A stretch of DNA of 64,000 nucleotides, from the NCBI GenBank assembly GCA_963813245.1, contig CAWEYE010000003.1:66023-130022 (forward strand), written 5' to 3'. Position numbers and translations under genes: made by a program. The stretch is from an uncultured Actinomycetes bacterium (GTDB lineage Bacteria > Actinomycetota > Thermoleophilia > Gaiellales > JAICJC01). Positions 1-9,569 of this stretch are shown piece by piece; the first letter of the stretch is position 1; each line of letters opens with the position of its first letter. The notes under the pieces are model-generated. The model was not told where the DNA came from. It made no database searches and worked only from the letters and a program-made list of their open reading frames with translations.

Positions 1-1549
1 CGACGCATACGACGTGATCATCGTCGGCACCGGCGCCGGCGGCGGCACGATGGCCCGCCGGCTGGCCCCTTCGGGGAAGCGGATCCTCCTGCTCGAGCGG
101 GGCGACTGGCTGCCCCGCGAGCCGCAGAACTGGCTCGCCCAGGACGTGTTCGTCGACAACCGCTACGTCTCGGCCGACACGTGGTACGACGGGGCGGGCA
201 AGCCGTTCCAGCCGCAGATCCACTACTTCGTCGGCGGCGCGACGAAGCTCTACGGCGCCGCCCTCTACCGGCTCCGCGCCGAGGACTTCGGCGAGCTCCA
301 CCATCACGACGGCCTTTCGCCGGCATGGCCGATCGCATACGCCGACCTGGAGCCGTACTACACCCAGGCCGAGCAGATGTACGAGGTCCACGGAGCCCGG
401 GGCGAGGATCCGACCGAGCCGCCGGCGAGCGGGCCGTATCCCTTCCCGGCGGTGTCGCACGAGCCGCGCATCCAACAGCTCGCCGACGACCTGGCCACGG
501 CCGGCTACCACCCGTTCCACGCGCCGTGTGGCGTCCGGCTGCGCGAGGACGATATGCCGCACAGCGCCTGCGTCCGCTGCCAGAACTGCGACGGCTTCCC
601 CTGCGCGGTGCATGGGAAGTCGGATGCCGAGGTGCTGGGCGTGCGGCCGGCGCTCGAGCATGCGAACGTCACGCTGCTCACGAACGCGACCGTGGTCAAG
701 CTCGAGACGAACCCGGCCGGCACCGCCGTGACCGAGGTCGTCGTCGACCGCGACGGCGTGCGGGAGCGGTTCGCGGCGGGCGTCGTCGTGCTCGCGTGCG
801 GGGCGGCGAACACGGCCAAGCTGCTCTTGATGTCGGCGAACGACAAGCACCCGAACGGGCTTGCCAACGGCTCCGACCAGGTCGGCCGCAACTACATGTT
901 CCACAACAGCGCCGCGGTGCTCGCGCTCTCGCGCGACGAGAACCCGACCATCTTCCAGAAGACCCTGGGTGTGAACGACTTCTACTTCAAGTCGGACAAC
1001 TTCGACTACCCGCTCGGGAACATCCAGATGGTGGGCAAGTCCCAGGCGCCGATGTTCCGGGGCGAGAAGCCGGGCGAGACCAAGCTGGCGCCGCAGTGGA
1101 CGCTTGAGCGGGTCGCCCGGCATGCGGTGGACTTCTGGCTCTCGACCGAGGATCTGCCGATGCCGGAGAACCGCGTGACCGTCGACGGCGCCGGCCGGCT
1201 CACGCTGCGCTACACGGCCACGAACGACGTCCCCAAGCAACGGCTCCACGACAAGCTGAAGGCGATGCTCGGCAAGCTGCGGATGGAGCCGGACCACCTC
1301 TTCCACCGGTTTGCCTACATGCAGAACGACATCCCGGTCGCCGGCGTCGCCCACCAGGCGGGCACGTGCCGCTTCGGCGCGGATCCGCAGACGTCGGTGC
1401 TGAACCCGGACTGCAAGGCGCACGAGCTCGACAACCTGTACGTGGCCGACACGAGCGTGTTCCCCAGCATCGGGGCGGTGAACCCGGCTCTCACGGCGAT
1501 GGCGAACTCGCTACGGGTGGGCGACGGTGTCCTCGCACGCATCGCCTGA
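1..1549 (+). CDS. GMC-family FAD oxidoreductase (5' end probably just outside the window)
   Basis: YDVIIVGTGAGGG Rossmann motif, LLLERG, FVGGATKLYGA, C-terminal HQAGTCRFG...DNLYVADTSVFPSIGAVNPALT. Confidence 0.9.
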   Translation, partial: DAYDVIIVGTGAGGGTMARRLAPSGKRILLLERGDWLPREPQNWLAQDVFVDNRYVSADTWYDGAGKPFQPQIHYFVGGATKLYGAALYRLRAEDFGELHHHDGLSPAWPIAYADLEPYYTQAEQMYEVHGARGEDPTEPPASGPYPFPAVSHEPRIQQLADDLATAGYHPFHAPCGVRLREDDMPHSACVRCQNCDGFPCAVHGKSDAEVLGVRPALEHANVTLLTNATVVKLETNPAGTAVTEVVVDRDGVRERFAAGVVVLACGAANTAKLLLMSANDKHPNGLANGSDQVGRNYMFHNSAAVLALSRDENPTIFQKTLGVNDFYFKSDNFDYPLGNIQMVGKSQAPMFRGEKPGETKLAPQWTLERVARHAVDFWLSTEDLPMPENRVTVDGAGRLTLRYTATNDVPKQRLHDKLKAMLGKLRMEPDHLFHRFAYMQNDIPVAGVAHQAGTCRFGADPQTSVLNPDCKAHELDNLYVADTSVFPSIGAVNPALTAMANSLRVGDGVLARIA

Positions 1550-2487
1550 CGTCGCAGCCGGGGGCCCGGCGGAGCCGCCCGGTGGCGAGGTCGCGATCGC
1601 CGCGGGCGACCAGCGGGCGGTGGTCGTCTGCGCCGGCGGCGGCCTGCGCGCCTACTCGGCGGGCGGGCGTGACCTGCTCGACGGCTCCCCGGCCGGGAAC
1701 GACGCCCCGGTCGGGACGCGGGCAGGTGCTCATCCCGTGGCCAAACCGGCTCGAGGACGGCCGCTACGAGTTCGACGGGCGGCGCCACCAGCTGCCGCTG
1801 ACCGAGCCGGAGCACCGCAATGCGATCCACGGCCTCGTCCGCTCCGAGAGCTGGGCCGTCGGCGAGCGGGCACCGCACCGCGTCGTGATGGAGCACACGC
1901 TCCGCCCCCGGCCCGGCTATCCGTTCACGCTCGCGCTGCGCATCGAGTACGCGCTCTCGGACGCCGGGCTGCGGGTGACGACGACCGCGACGAACATCGG
2001 CGCCGAGGCGTGCCCGTTCGGGGCCGGTGCACATCCGTATCTGACGGTGGGAACGCCGACGGTCGATTCGGCCACCCTGCGCGTGCCCGCGGGCACGGTG
2101 CTGCGCTGCGACGAGCGCGGGCTCCCGGTCGGCGCGATGGCGGTGGCCGAGACGGATCACGACTTCCGCCGGCCGCGGCCGATCGGGGCGACGCACCTCG
2201 ACCACGCGTTCACGGATCTCGAGCGCGGCGGCGACGGCCTGGCCCGCGTCGAGCTGGCGGGCGGGCCGGACGGCGCAGGGCTCACGCTCTGGCTGGGGGA
2301 GGCGTTCGGCTACGTGATGGTGTTCACGGGCGATCCCCTGCCCGATGTCGCCCGGCACAGCATCGCCATCGAGCCGATGACCTGCCCGCCGAACGCGTTT
2401 CGCACCGGCGCCGCCCTGGTCCGCATCGAGCCGGGCGCGTCGTTCCGCGGGGTGTGGGGGATCGAGCCAGGCACCGACCGCAGCTGA
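1527..2487 (+). CDS. Aldose 1-epimerase family protein, split by an apparent +1 frameshift near 1695-1710
   Basis: N-terminal part (VVCAGGGLRAYSAGGRDLLDG) is in the 1527 frame; GRGQVLIPWPNRLEDG, NAIHG, GAHPY, LDHAF and IAIEPMTCPPNAF are in the 1366 frame; start uncertain. Confidence 0.8.
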
Positions 2488-2566
2488 GCCGTCGCGTTGG
2501 TGCCTCGCAGCGGCGCATCATCACTCGGGTGGGATCATGGGACCAACCAATGCATGCGGAGAGCTC

Positions 2567-3745
2567 ATGAGTGATGGCGCCAACAGCTCCGACGACCCGG
2601 TTGCAGCGGCGTTCCGGCGCCTCGTTGGTACGAAGTTCGCGCATGCCGGGATCGACGCCCGGATCGACCCCAGCTACCGAAGCGGCGACGTCCACACGAT
2701 TGCCGGAGGCCCATTCGGCTACACGGTGACGTATCGCTGGTCGACCCGCAACCAGCCGCCACGATTCGAAGTGTTCGAGTCGAACCGCATGAGCGGCGAC
2801 GACCTATGCGAGATCGGCCTCGACGGGCAGGTCACGGACGTCGCCGCCGCACAAGACTTCTTCGCGTACGGACCAGACGCGACAGACGCGGAGAAGGCCG
2901 AGAAGGCGCGCGCCTACGAAGAGCACAACCGCCGCTTCTACGCCGACGTCGAGCTCCGTGGCTTGCTCCGCATGACCGGACTCGCCGCGGCGAATGCGTA
3001 CCTGCGATCCGGTGGCGACGCACAACCCGAAGTCCCCGACTCACAATCTTCATCGCCAGGTCCGGCGGTCGCATATGCACGGCCGGCCGCGGACGTCTTC
3101 GATTCTCTCGTTGCCGACACCGTCGCGCGCGCAGCGGCGGAACTGTCGCCGACCAGTAAGGGCTACCCGGTTGAGCGTGGGCTCGAGGACGCGTTCTTGC
3201 ATCACCTCTCTCTGCCAGCCGGGGCGACGGCTTTTGCGCGCAGGAAGGTGATGATCCCGGGGTGGGCTGCAAACCATCAGCCAGGGCCGCTCGACGTCGG
3301 TGTCACCCACGAAGGTGTGCTGGTCGCTGCGGCCGAACTCAAGGTGAACCAGGTCAACGATGCCCTCTACGACCTCTTCAAGCTCGCAGGGCTGTTCCAG
3401 CTACCACCTCGCATCGACGCGGCCTATCTGATCGTTGGCGCGTACGAGAATGAGTGGGCGTCTCAGGACTTTGCCCACGTCTTCCCCACAGGTCCCGGTC
3501 CACCCGTGACGCACGTCTCACGCGAGCTGCTCCAGAGGCACGCGTCGACGTGGATGCATCTGATGGCGCACTCCTCTGGCCAACTTCGGACGGCGCCAAG
3601 CACGATCGATGTCAGGTACGTCGCGAACTGTCATGTGCCCGCGGCCGGCCCGTATCACGTCCGCGTTGTCGGCATACGTCCGGGAGCACGCGCCACACTC
3701 GTGGATGTTGGCGAAGGCCCGCCTGGTCCTTCCCCGACCGAGTGA
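2567..3745 (+). CDS. Hypothetical two-domain protein; C-terminal part has a PD-(D/E)xK nuclease-like motif
   Basis: Long ORF with atypical (less GC3-rich) codons; GPLDVGV...AAAELKV pattern; Ser/Pro linker between the two halves. Confidence 0.55.
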   Translation: MSDGANSSDDPVAAAFRRLVGTKFAHAGIDARIDPSYRSGDVHTIAGGPFGYTVTYRWSTRNQPPRFEVFESNRMSGDDLCEIGLDGQVTDVAAAQDFFAYGPDATDAEKAEKARAYEEHNRRFYADVELRGLLRMTGLAAANAYLRSGGDAQPEVPDSQSSSPGPAVAYARPAADVFDSLVADTVARAAAELSPTSKGYPVERGLEDAFLHHLSLPAGATAFARRKVMIPGWAANHQPGPLDVGVTHEGVLVAAAELKVNQVNDALYDLFKLAGLFQLPPRIDAAYLIVGAYENEWASQDFAHVFPTGPGPPVTHVSRELLQRHASTWMHLMAHSSGQLRTAPSTIDVRYVANCHVPAAGPYHVRVVGIRPGARATLVDVGEGPPGPSPTE

Positions 3746-3779
3746 GCATGGCGCCGGGGCCGTCCGGCAAGCTGTCAAT

Positions 3780-3797
3780 GCCTGGTAGGAATCGAAC
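3780..3797. repeat. att site (duplicated 3' portion of tRNA-Arg)
   Basis: Identical to 6186-6203. Confidence 0.85.
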
Positions 3798-3819
3798 ACC
3801 GCTGCAAACGGCCACATTC

Positions 3820-4335
3820 CTAGCCCCGGTACTGCACCGGTGTCAGCACGGGCCGGCGGCTTGGCGCACGCGCCGGCACCAGCGCGAGCAGCGCGGCGTA
3901 GTCGACCTCGGCGTCGTCGATGAGCACGTGCGTGTAGATGTCGGCAGTGGTGCTGATCTGGCGCTGGCCGACGCGCTCACCGATGTCGGTCCACGACACG
4001 CCCTGGCGATGCCACAGGCTGATGCGGCGGTGTCGAAGCGCGTGCGGCGAGAAGTGCGGCACGCCGGCCGCCCTACAGGCGCGGCTGAGGTCGGTGCGCA
4101 GGCGCTCCTGCGTCAGGTTGGGGAACACGCGGGCGGTGGGCTCGCGGTCCTCACGCGGCACCAGGTCGAGCACGGCCGCGAGCACGTCGGCCCGTGGCGT
4201 CACCCAGCGGGCGCGGCCGTTGTGGTTCAGCTCCGGCCGCACCTTCCAGCGCCCACGCGGCTCGTCCAGGTCGCGCCACTCCAGACCTTCAAGCTCGCCC
4301 ACACGCGGGCCGGTCGCGTCGAGCACGAGCAACGG
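3820..4335 (-). pseudogene. Tyrosine recombinase/integrase, catalytic domain only (N-terminus missing)
   Basis: TGPRVGEL (box I Arg), SPHALRH (HxxR), VGQ...TTADIYTH (Tyr); no core-binding domain; expected catalytic Lys not evident (ELNHNGRAR). Confidence 0.85.
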
Positions 4336-4441
4336 CAGGATGTTGCGGCGGGCGATGGACGCTCAGGAGCGGCATAGAGTGCGGGTCCGGTCGGCGCTCC
4401 TCAATCCGTGGACAGACGCCTTGCCGAGCGCCGACCGGCAT

Positions 4442-4462
4442 CCGACTCACACGCGACGCGCA
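4442..4462. repeat. 21-bp direct repeat, copy 1 (CCGACTCACACGCGACGCGCA)
   Basis: Exact match to 5231-5251. Confidence 0.9.
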
Positions 4463-4547
4463 GTTCGCGCCCGACAGGCAGAACGCCAGGCCAGCCGAGT
4501 GAGACGAGCACTGCTATCTCCCGGTGAATGCCACAGTTCGCGCTGGT

Positions 4548-5069
4548 TCACGCGGTGGTTGCCGGCGGGGGCGGGCTCTCGACGCGCCAGAAGCCCGCCG
4601 AATGAACCCCAACGGCAATGAGGCTCGCTACGAGGAACGTCACCCCCGCGACCCACGTGATGTCCCAGAAGGCGGCGACGAGCCCGACGAAGGCAGCAAG
4701 CTGAGCGATCACCCCCGCGAGGGTGACCGACACGGACGTGGTTCGCCGACCTCGGAACGCCTCCTGCCGGTTGACCAGCACGAGCGCCGCCAGCAGTGGG
4801 ATGGCCACCGCGAACGCGATCGTGCCGACCATGGCGGGGGCGTTGAGCGGGCTCGTCTCGAGGAACCCCTGCACCATCACCAGCGCGATCGCGATCAACC
4901 CCCCGTACATCACCCCGCTCTGCCGGAGCATCTCCTCCTTCATCTCGCCGGTCTCTGTCACCGCTGCGATCCGGTCGGCCTCAGCCCTGGCGCGTACTTC
5001 CGCCTCCCGAGCCATCCGCCTCGCCTCGTCGGCAACGCGAGCGTCTTCGTGCTCAGAGTCGTCGCTCAC
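4548..5069 (-). CDS. Hypothetical membrane protein (~4 TM helices after a charged N-terminus)
   Basis: Four hydrophobic stretches; AAAGGAG RBS upstream on the minus strand. Confidence 0.75.
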   Translation of the reverse strand: MSDDSEHEDARVADEARRMAREAEVRARAEADRIAAVTETGEMKEEMLRQSGVMYGGLIAIALVMVQGFLETSPLNAPAMVGTIAFAVAIPLLAALVLVNRQEAFRGRRTTSVSVTLAGVIAQLAAFVGLVAAFWDITWVAGVTFLVASLIAVGVHSAGFWRVESPPPPATTA

Positions 5070-5230
5070 ATGTCGCTCCTTTCACGTAGCTGTCCTGAAG
5101 GATCGAAGGTAGTGCACACGGACGGCGTGGCAACCCCCTAACGACGTGCTGCAGTGGCAGCCGTTGGACCGCCGTGTCGGTGAACCCGGTCGGTAGCTCC
5201 CCGCCCAGCAGCATCCCGAAGCCATAGCAC

Positions 5231-5251
5231 CCGACTCACACGCGACGCGCA
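5231..5251. repeat. 21-bp direct repeat, copy 2
   Basis: Exact match to 4442-4462. Confidence 0.9.
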
Positions 5252-5541
5252 CGCCCCGCTCGACGCCTGGCGCGGCTGCCACAGCAGAAGCGATGCGACG
5301 GCGACGTGGGCGTGAACATCACGCCGCACTCAGCGCATGGCCGCGGCTCGTACGTCGGCCGCGTGTAGCCGCCACGGCGGCGTGGCGGCGGCAGCTCGCA
5401 GCCGTCCGCAATCTCGAAGTCGCCAGGCCACAACGCCAAGCTCAACACGGCCTTGCGCTGGTCGGCGTCGGCCAGCGACGCCACCACGGCCCTGGCGGCG
5501 CGCACGCGCTCGGCCAGCGGCACAGCGGCGAGCTCGCTCAC
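5236..5541 (-). CDS. Small phage-like protein with a CxxC...FCC putative Zn-binding motif
   Basis: RPCAECGVMFTPTSPSHRFCC; GTGA overlap with the upstream ORF. Confidence 0.55.
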   Translation of the reverse strand: MSELAAVPLAERVRAARAVVASLADADQRKAVLSLALWPGDFEIADGCELPPPRRRGGYTRPTYEPRPCAECGVMFTPTSPSHRFCCGSRARRRAGRARRV

Positions 5542-5840
5542 GCCGCCGGCAGGTCGCGGTCTTCGACGCTCGGTGCCATGAACGGCTGCGGCCGGCCAGG
5601 CTCGTAGCGTTGGCTTCTCATGCTCCTCGGGTCGGAGTAGTCGCGCACCTCGACGACGCCGGTGCGACGGTCGACGTGGTACTCGCAGCCACCGAGCAGG
5701 AGCGCGTGGTCGCCGGCACGCAAGCGCAGCCGGCCGGCGTCGTCAGCATCAGCGAGCCATCGGCTGATCGGCTCCTCGGGCGGCAACTGCGCGTCCACCA
5801 CCTTGCGCAGGAGCACTAGATCGAGCTCGGCGTCAGCCAT
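5538..5840 (-). CDS. Hypothetical protein (100 aa)
   Basis: ATG at 5840, protein-like composition, stop overlaps the start of 5236..5541. Confidence 0.5.
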   Translation of the reverse strand: MADAELDLVLLRKVVDAQLPPEEPISRWLADADDAGRLRLRAGDHALLLGGCEYHVDRRTGVVEVRDYSDPRSMRSQRYEPGRPQPFMAPSVEDRDLPAA

Positions 5841-6182
5841 GCTCGGCAGTCTGCACCAGGCCGACGCGCCCCGCCAGCTCGCCGGCAGCGCCCCGCCGGC
5901 CACCGGGCCACGCAGGATCGGCCAGGGCCGGCTCGGGCCGGCTAGGGCATCTACCAGCATGGCCGGCATGGCGGCCGGCCCAGAACGCCACCCAGGCGCT
6001 CGGGGCTCGGCCGGCGGGTCGGGCGGCTCCTGAGCGGCCCGATCCGGTGTAGCACCGGTGTTAGCACCGAGACGGCACTCGGCTGCCCTGACGCACTTGC
6101 CGCGACCACTGGTGAGCCGGCGTTTCCCGCTCAACCAGGCCGTTTGTGGCGTGGTTGAGCGGGAGTGCCCTGGGTGCCCGGA

Positions 6183-6255
6183 TGCGCCTGGTAGGAATCG
6201 AACCTACGGCCTTGCGCTCCGGAGGCGCACGCTCTATCCCCTGAGCTACAGGCGC
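6183..6255 (-). tRNA. tRNA-Arg(CCG), CCA not encoded
   Basis: Reverse complement GCGCCTGTAGCTCAGGGGATAGAGCGTGCGCCTCCGGAGCGCAAGGCCGTAGGTTCGATTCCTACCAGGCGCA folds as a cloverleaf; anticodon CCG; T-loop GGTTCGATTCC. Confidence 0.95.
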
Positions 6256-6295
6256 AGTTCTCGATCCGGGGATCGAGGATCCGGATTGTACGCCG

Positions 6296-7408
6296 TCAGG
6301 GCGAGGCGGTCGCGAGGGCCTGGTCGAGGTCGGCCCACAGGTCCTCGACGTGCTCGATGCCGACCGACAGGCGCAGCAGCGTCTCGGGCGTCCCGGCCAG
6401 CCGCTCCGATTCGTATCGCGCCCGCCGCTCGATGAGCGTCTCGACGCCGCCCAGGCTGGTCGCCGCCGAGATCACGCGCAGGCGTGCGCAGACGCCGTCG
6501 GCGCCCGCGGCGCCGCCAGTCGTCTCGAACGCGAGCATCGCCCCGAAGCCGCTCATCTGCCGGGTCGCGAGCGCGTGGCCGGGATCGTCCGGCAGGCCGG
6601 GATAGCGCACCCGCGTCACGGCCGGATGCCGGTCGAGCCGGCGGGCGAGCTCGCCCGCATTGGCCTGCGCGCGCTCGAGCCGCACCGCCAGGGTGCGCAT
6701 GCCGCGCAGCGTCAGGAACGCCTCGAGGGCACCGGGGATCGCGCCCTCGCGCAGGCGCACGGCGACGAGCCGCTCGGCGGCGGCCGGGTCGCGGCACACG
6801 GCGATGCCGAGCAGCAGATCGGCGTGCCCGCCGAGGTACTTCGTGGCGCTGTGGACGACGATGTCGGCTCCCAGCTCGAGCGGCCGCTGGAGCAGGGGCG
6901 TCGCGAACGTGCCGTCGACCGCGAGCACGCAGCCGGGCTCGCGCGCGGCGGCGGTCGCGGCGATGTCGGCGACCGCGATCAACGGGTTGCTCGGCGTCTC
7001 GAGCCAGACCATGTCGGCACCCGGGAGGGCCGCCGCCACCGCGGCGGTGTCGGCGATGTCTCCGATCCAGCGTACGCGCAGGCGGCCGGCCGCCTCGCGC
7101 ACGCGCAGCTGATCCGTGAACCCGTGGTAGGCCGAGCGCGGGGCGGCGATCGTGCCGCCGGGAGGCAGGGTGTCGAGCACGGCGGCGCATGCGGCGAGCC
7201 CGGAGCCGAACGCGACCCCGTGGCCGCCGCCCTCGAGCTCGCCCATCAGGCCCTCGAGCGCCCGCCACGACTCGTTGCCGTCGCGGCCGTACTCGAGCTC
7301 CCCGCCGAGCCGGTACGTGCTCGAGAGGACGATCGTGCCTCCGAGCGGCGCCCCGGCACCCTGGGCACGGCCGCCTGCCACCAGCCTCGTCTCGACCCGC
7401 TCGCTCAC
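6296..7408 (-). CDS. Cys/Met metabolism PLP-dependent enzyme (cystathionine gamma-synthase/lyase)
   Basis: FGSGLAA, WLETPSNP, VDGTFATP, VHSATKYLGGHAD (PLP Lys), TSLGGVETL, LRLSVGIE. Confidence 0.9.
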   Translation of the reverse strand: MSERVETRLVAGGRAQGAGAPLGGTIVLSSTYRLGGELEYGRDGNESWRALEGLMGELEGGGHGVAFGSGLAACAAVLDTLPPGGTIAAPRSAYHGFTDQLRVREAAGRLRVRWIGDIADTAAVAAALPGADMVWLETPSNPLIAVADIAATAAAREPGCVLAVDGTFATPLLQRPLELGADIVVHSATKYLGGHADLLLGIAVCRDPAAAERLVAVRLREGAIPGALEAFLTLRGMRTLAVRLERAQANAGELARRLDRHPAVTRVRYPGLPDDPGHALATRQMSGFGAMLAFETTGGAAGADGVCARLRVISAATSLGGVETLIERRARYESERLAGTPETLLRLSVGIEHVEDLWADLDQALATASP

Positions 7409-7451
7409 GGTCGTACCCTACGCCGCGCGAGCGTCGGATAGGCTGGCCGCG

Positions 7452-8474
7452 ATGGATCTGGTCACCCGCGTCTTCGAGCTCGAGTACTCCGAGCCGTTCG
7501 TCATCTCGCGCAGCGCGGACACGCACTCCCAGGTCGTCCAGGTGGCGATCCGGCACGGCGACCTCGTCGGCTACGGCGAGGGCGCGCCCGACGAGCACTA
7601 CGGCGAGTCGATCGAAAGCGCGATGCGCTTTCTGGGCCAGGTCGAGCCGCTCCTGGGCGACGATCCGCTGGCGATGGAGGCCATCCTCGGCCGCATCGGC
7701 GCGATCCCCGGCGAGATGGCCGCCAAGTGCGCCGTCGACGGCGCCCTGCATGACCTGCTCGGCAAGGTGTGCGGCCAGCCGCTGTGGCGCATTCTCGGCC
7801 TCGATCCGACGCCGCCGCCGACCAGCTACACGATCTCGATCGACTCCGTCGAGGGCACCGCCCGGCGGGCGGCCGCCGCGGCCTCCTACCACGCGCTCAA
7901 GATCAAGGTGGGCGGCGCGGCCGACCTCGAGCGCGTGCGGGCCGTGCGCGCCCAGGCGCCGGACGCCCTGATCCGGGTCGATGCCAACGAGGCCTGGTCG
8001 GTGCACTCCACCGTCGAGCTCGTGCCCGAGCTCGAGGCGCTCGGCGTCGAGCTGATCGAGCAGCCGCTGCCAGCGCGCGATAGCAAGGGCTACTGCCGCC
8101 TGCACGACAGCTCGCTCTCGATCCCGATCGTCCTGGACGAGAGCTGCCACACGCTGCCCGACGTCGCCAGGTGCGGCGAGATCGCAGACGGCGTGAACAT
8201 CAAGCTCACCAAGTCGGGCGGGATCCGCGAGGCGCTGCGCATGATCCACGCCGCCCGCGCGCTCGGCCTGCGGGTGATGCTCGGATGCATGAACGAGTCG
8301 TCGCTCGGGATCGCCCAGGCGGCACAGATCTCCCCGCTCGTCGACGTGGTCGACCTCGACGGCCATCTCCTGAACCGCAACGACAGCCACACCGGCCTGC
8401 TCCTGCAGGACGGCCGCGTCGTGCCCGGCGCCGGGCCCGGCCTGGGGGTGACACCGCTGGAGCCGTGGCCGTGA
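7452..8474 (+). CDS. Dipeptide epimerase, enolase superfamily (L-Ala-D/L-Glu epimerase / DgcA-like)
   Basis: KIKVG, RVDANE, IEQP, LDES, NIKLTKSGG, GCMNES, DLDG motifs. Confidence 0.9.
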   Translation: MDLVTRVFELEYSEPFVISRSADTHSQVVQVAIRHGDLVGYGEGAPDEHYGESIESAMRFLGQVEPLLGDDPLAMEAILGRIGAIPGEMAAKCAVDGALHDLLGKVCGQPLWRILGLDPTPPPTSYTISIDSVEGTARRAAAAASYHALKIKVGGAADLERVRAVRAQAPDALIRVDANEAWSVHSTVELVPELEALGVELIEQPLPARDSKGYCRLHDSSLSIPIVLDESCHTLPDVARCGEIADGVNIKLTKSGGIREALRMIHAARALGLRVMLGCMNESSLGIAQAAQISPLVDVVDLDGHLLNRNDSHTGLLLQDGRVVPGAGPGLGVTPLEPWP

Positions 8475-9517
8475 GCGACAAGCGCTACGCGGTGCTCGCC
8501 GAGGGCTGCTTCGACGAGGACGCGAAGACCGCGACCGGTGTCATGCGCTACGCCGAGTCGCCGACGGTCGCCGTGATCGACTCCACCCGCGCCGGCACGT
8601 CCGCATCCGCCCACGTCCCCGGGCTGCGCTCCGACGTGCCCGTCGTCGCCGACATGGACGCGGCGATGCAGCACGGTCCGACGACGCTCCTGGTCGGCGT
8701 CGCGCCCGCGGGCGGGAAGCTGCCGCCGGTCTTCCGGCGCGCCATCCTGCGGTCGATCGAGCTCGGCCTGGACGTCGAGAGCGGCCTGCACGAGTTCCTG
8801 ACCGAGGACGCGGAGATCGCCGACGCGGCCGCCCTGGCCGGCGTCTCGCTGCGCGACCTGCGCCGCGTCCCCGACGGCCTGAACGTGCCCACGGGCGCGA
8901 ACCTCGACATCGCCACGCACACGGTGCTCACGGTCGGGTCGGACTGCGCGCTCGGCAAGATGACAGTTTGCCTGGAGCTCGACCGTGAGGCCCGCCGCCG
9001 CGGCATCGCGTCGGTGTTCGTGCCCACCGGCCAGACGGGCATCGCCATCGCCGGGTGGGGCATCGCCGTCGACCAGGTCGTATCCGATTTCGTCGCCGGG
9101 GCCGCCGAGGAGCTCGTCGTCGCGGGCCACCACCGCGGCGGTGACGGCGCCATCCTGTGGATCGAGGGCCAGGGCTCGCTCAACCATCCGTCCTACTCCG
9201 GCGTCACGCTCGGCCTGCTGCACGGCTCGGCGCCGCACGCGCTCGTGTTCGTGCACGAGCCGGGCCGCGAGCTGATCGACGGCAACCCCCGCTTCCCGAT
9301 CCGCGACCTGCCCCAGCTGATCGACGACTACGTGCGCATGGCCCGCCACGTGCGGCCGGCGGCGGTCGTCGCCGTGGCGTTGAAGACGAACCGCATCGAC
9401 GAGGACGCGGCCCGCGCGGCGATCGTCCAGACCGAGCGCGAGACCGGCCTCGTGGCCGACGACCCGGTCAGGTTCGGCGCCGGCCGGATCCTCGACGCCG
9501 TGCTCTCGTCGCGGTGA
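8471..9517 (+). CDS. DUF1611 family protein (DgcN-like N-acetyltransferase / P-loop fold)
   Basis: AKTATG, GLHEFL, GSDCALGKMT, TGQTG, IEGQGSLNHPSYSGVTLGLLHG; GTGA-coupled to the epimerase. Confidence 0.9.
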   Translation: MSDKRYAVLAEGCFDEDAKTATGVMRYAESPTVAVIDSTRAGTSASAHVPGLRSDVPVVADMDAAMQHGPTTLLVGVAPAGGKLPPVFRRAILRSIELGLDVESGLHEFLTEDAEIADAAALAGVSLRDLRRVPDGLNVPTGANLDIATHTVLTVGSDCALGKMTVCLELDREARRRGIASVFVPTGQTGIAIAGWGIAVDQVVSDFVAGAAEELVVAGHHRGGDGAILWIEGQGSLNHPSYSGVTLGLLHGSAPHALVFVHEPGRELIDGNPRFPIRDLPQLIDDYVRMARHVRPAAVVAVALKTNRIDEDAARAAIVQTERETGLVADDPVRFGAGRILDAVLSSR

Positions 9518-9569
9518 CTTCCCCGGGAGTTCACCGGTGACAGCGTGCCGGGGCTAACATTCGCGACCG

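Larger units (their letters stand above)
3780..6203. mobile_element. Decayed integrative element inserted at the 3' end of tRNA-Arg(CCG)
   Basis: 18-bp direct repeat GCCTGGTAGGAATCGAAC at 3780-3797 and 6186-6203 (the latter inside the tRNA), plus a tyrosine recombinase fragment and small phage-like ORFs. Confidence 0.8.

Noticed and set aside
3820..5251. Integron (IntI + attC cassette)
   Set aside because: The recombinase lacks the IntI-specific insertion before HxxR, and the hairpin has no RYYYAAC/GTTRRRY ends
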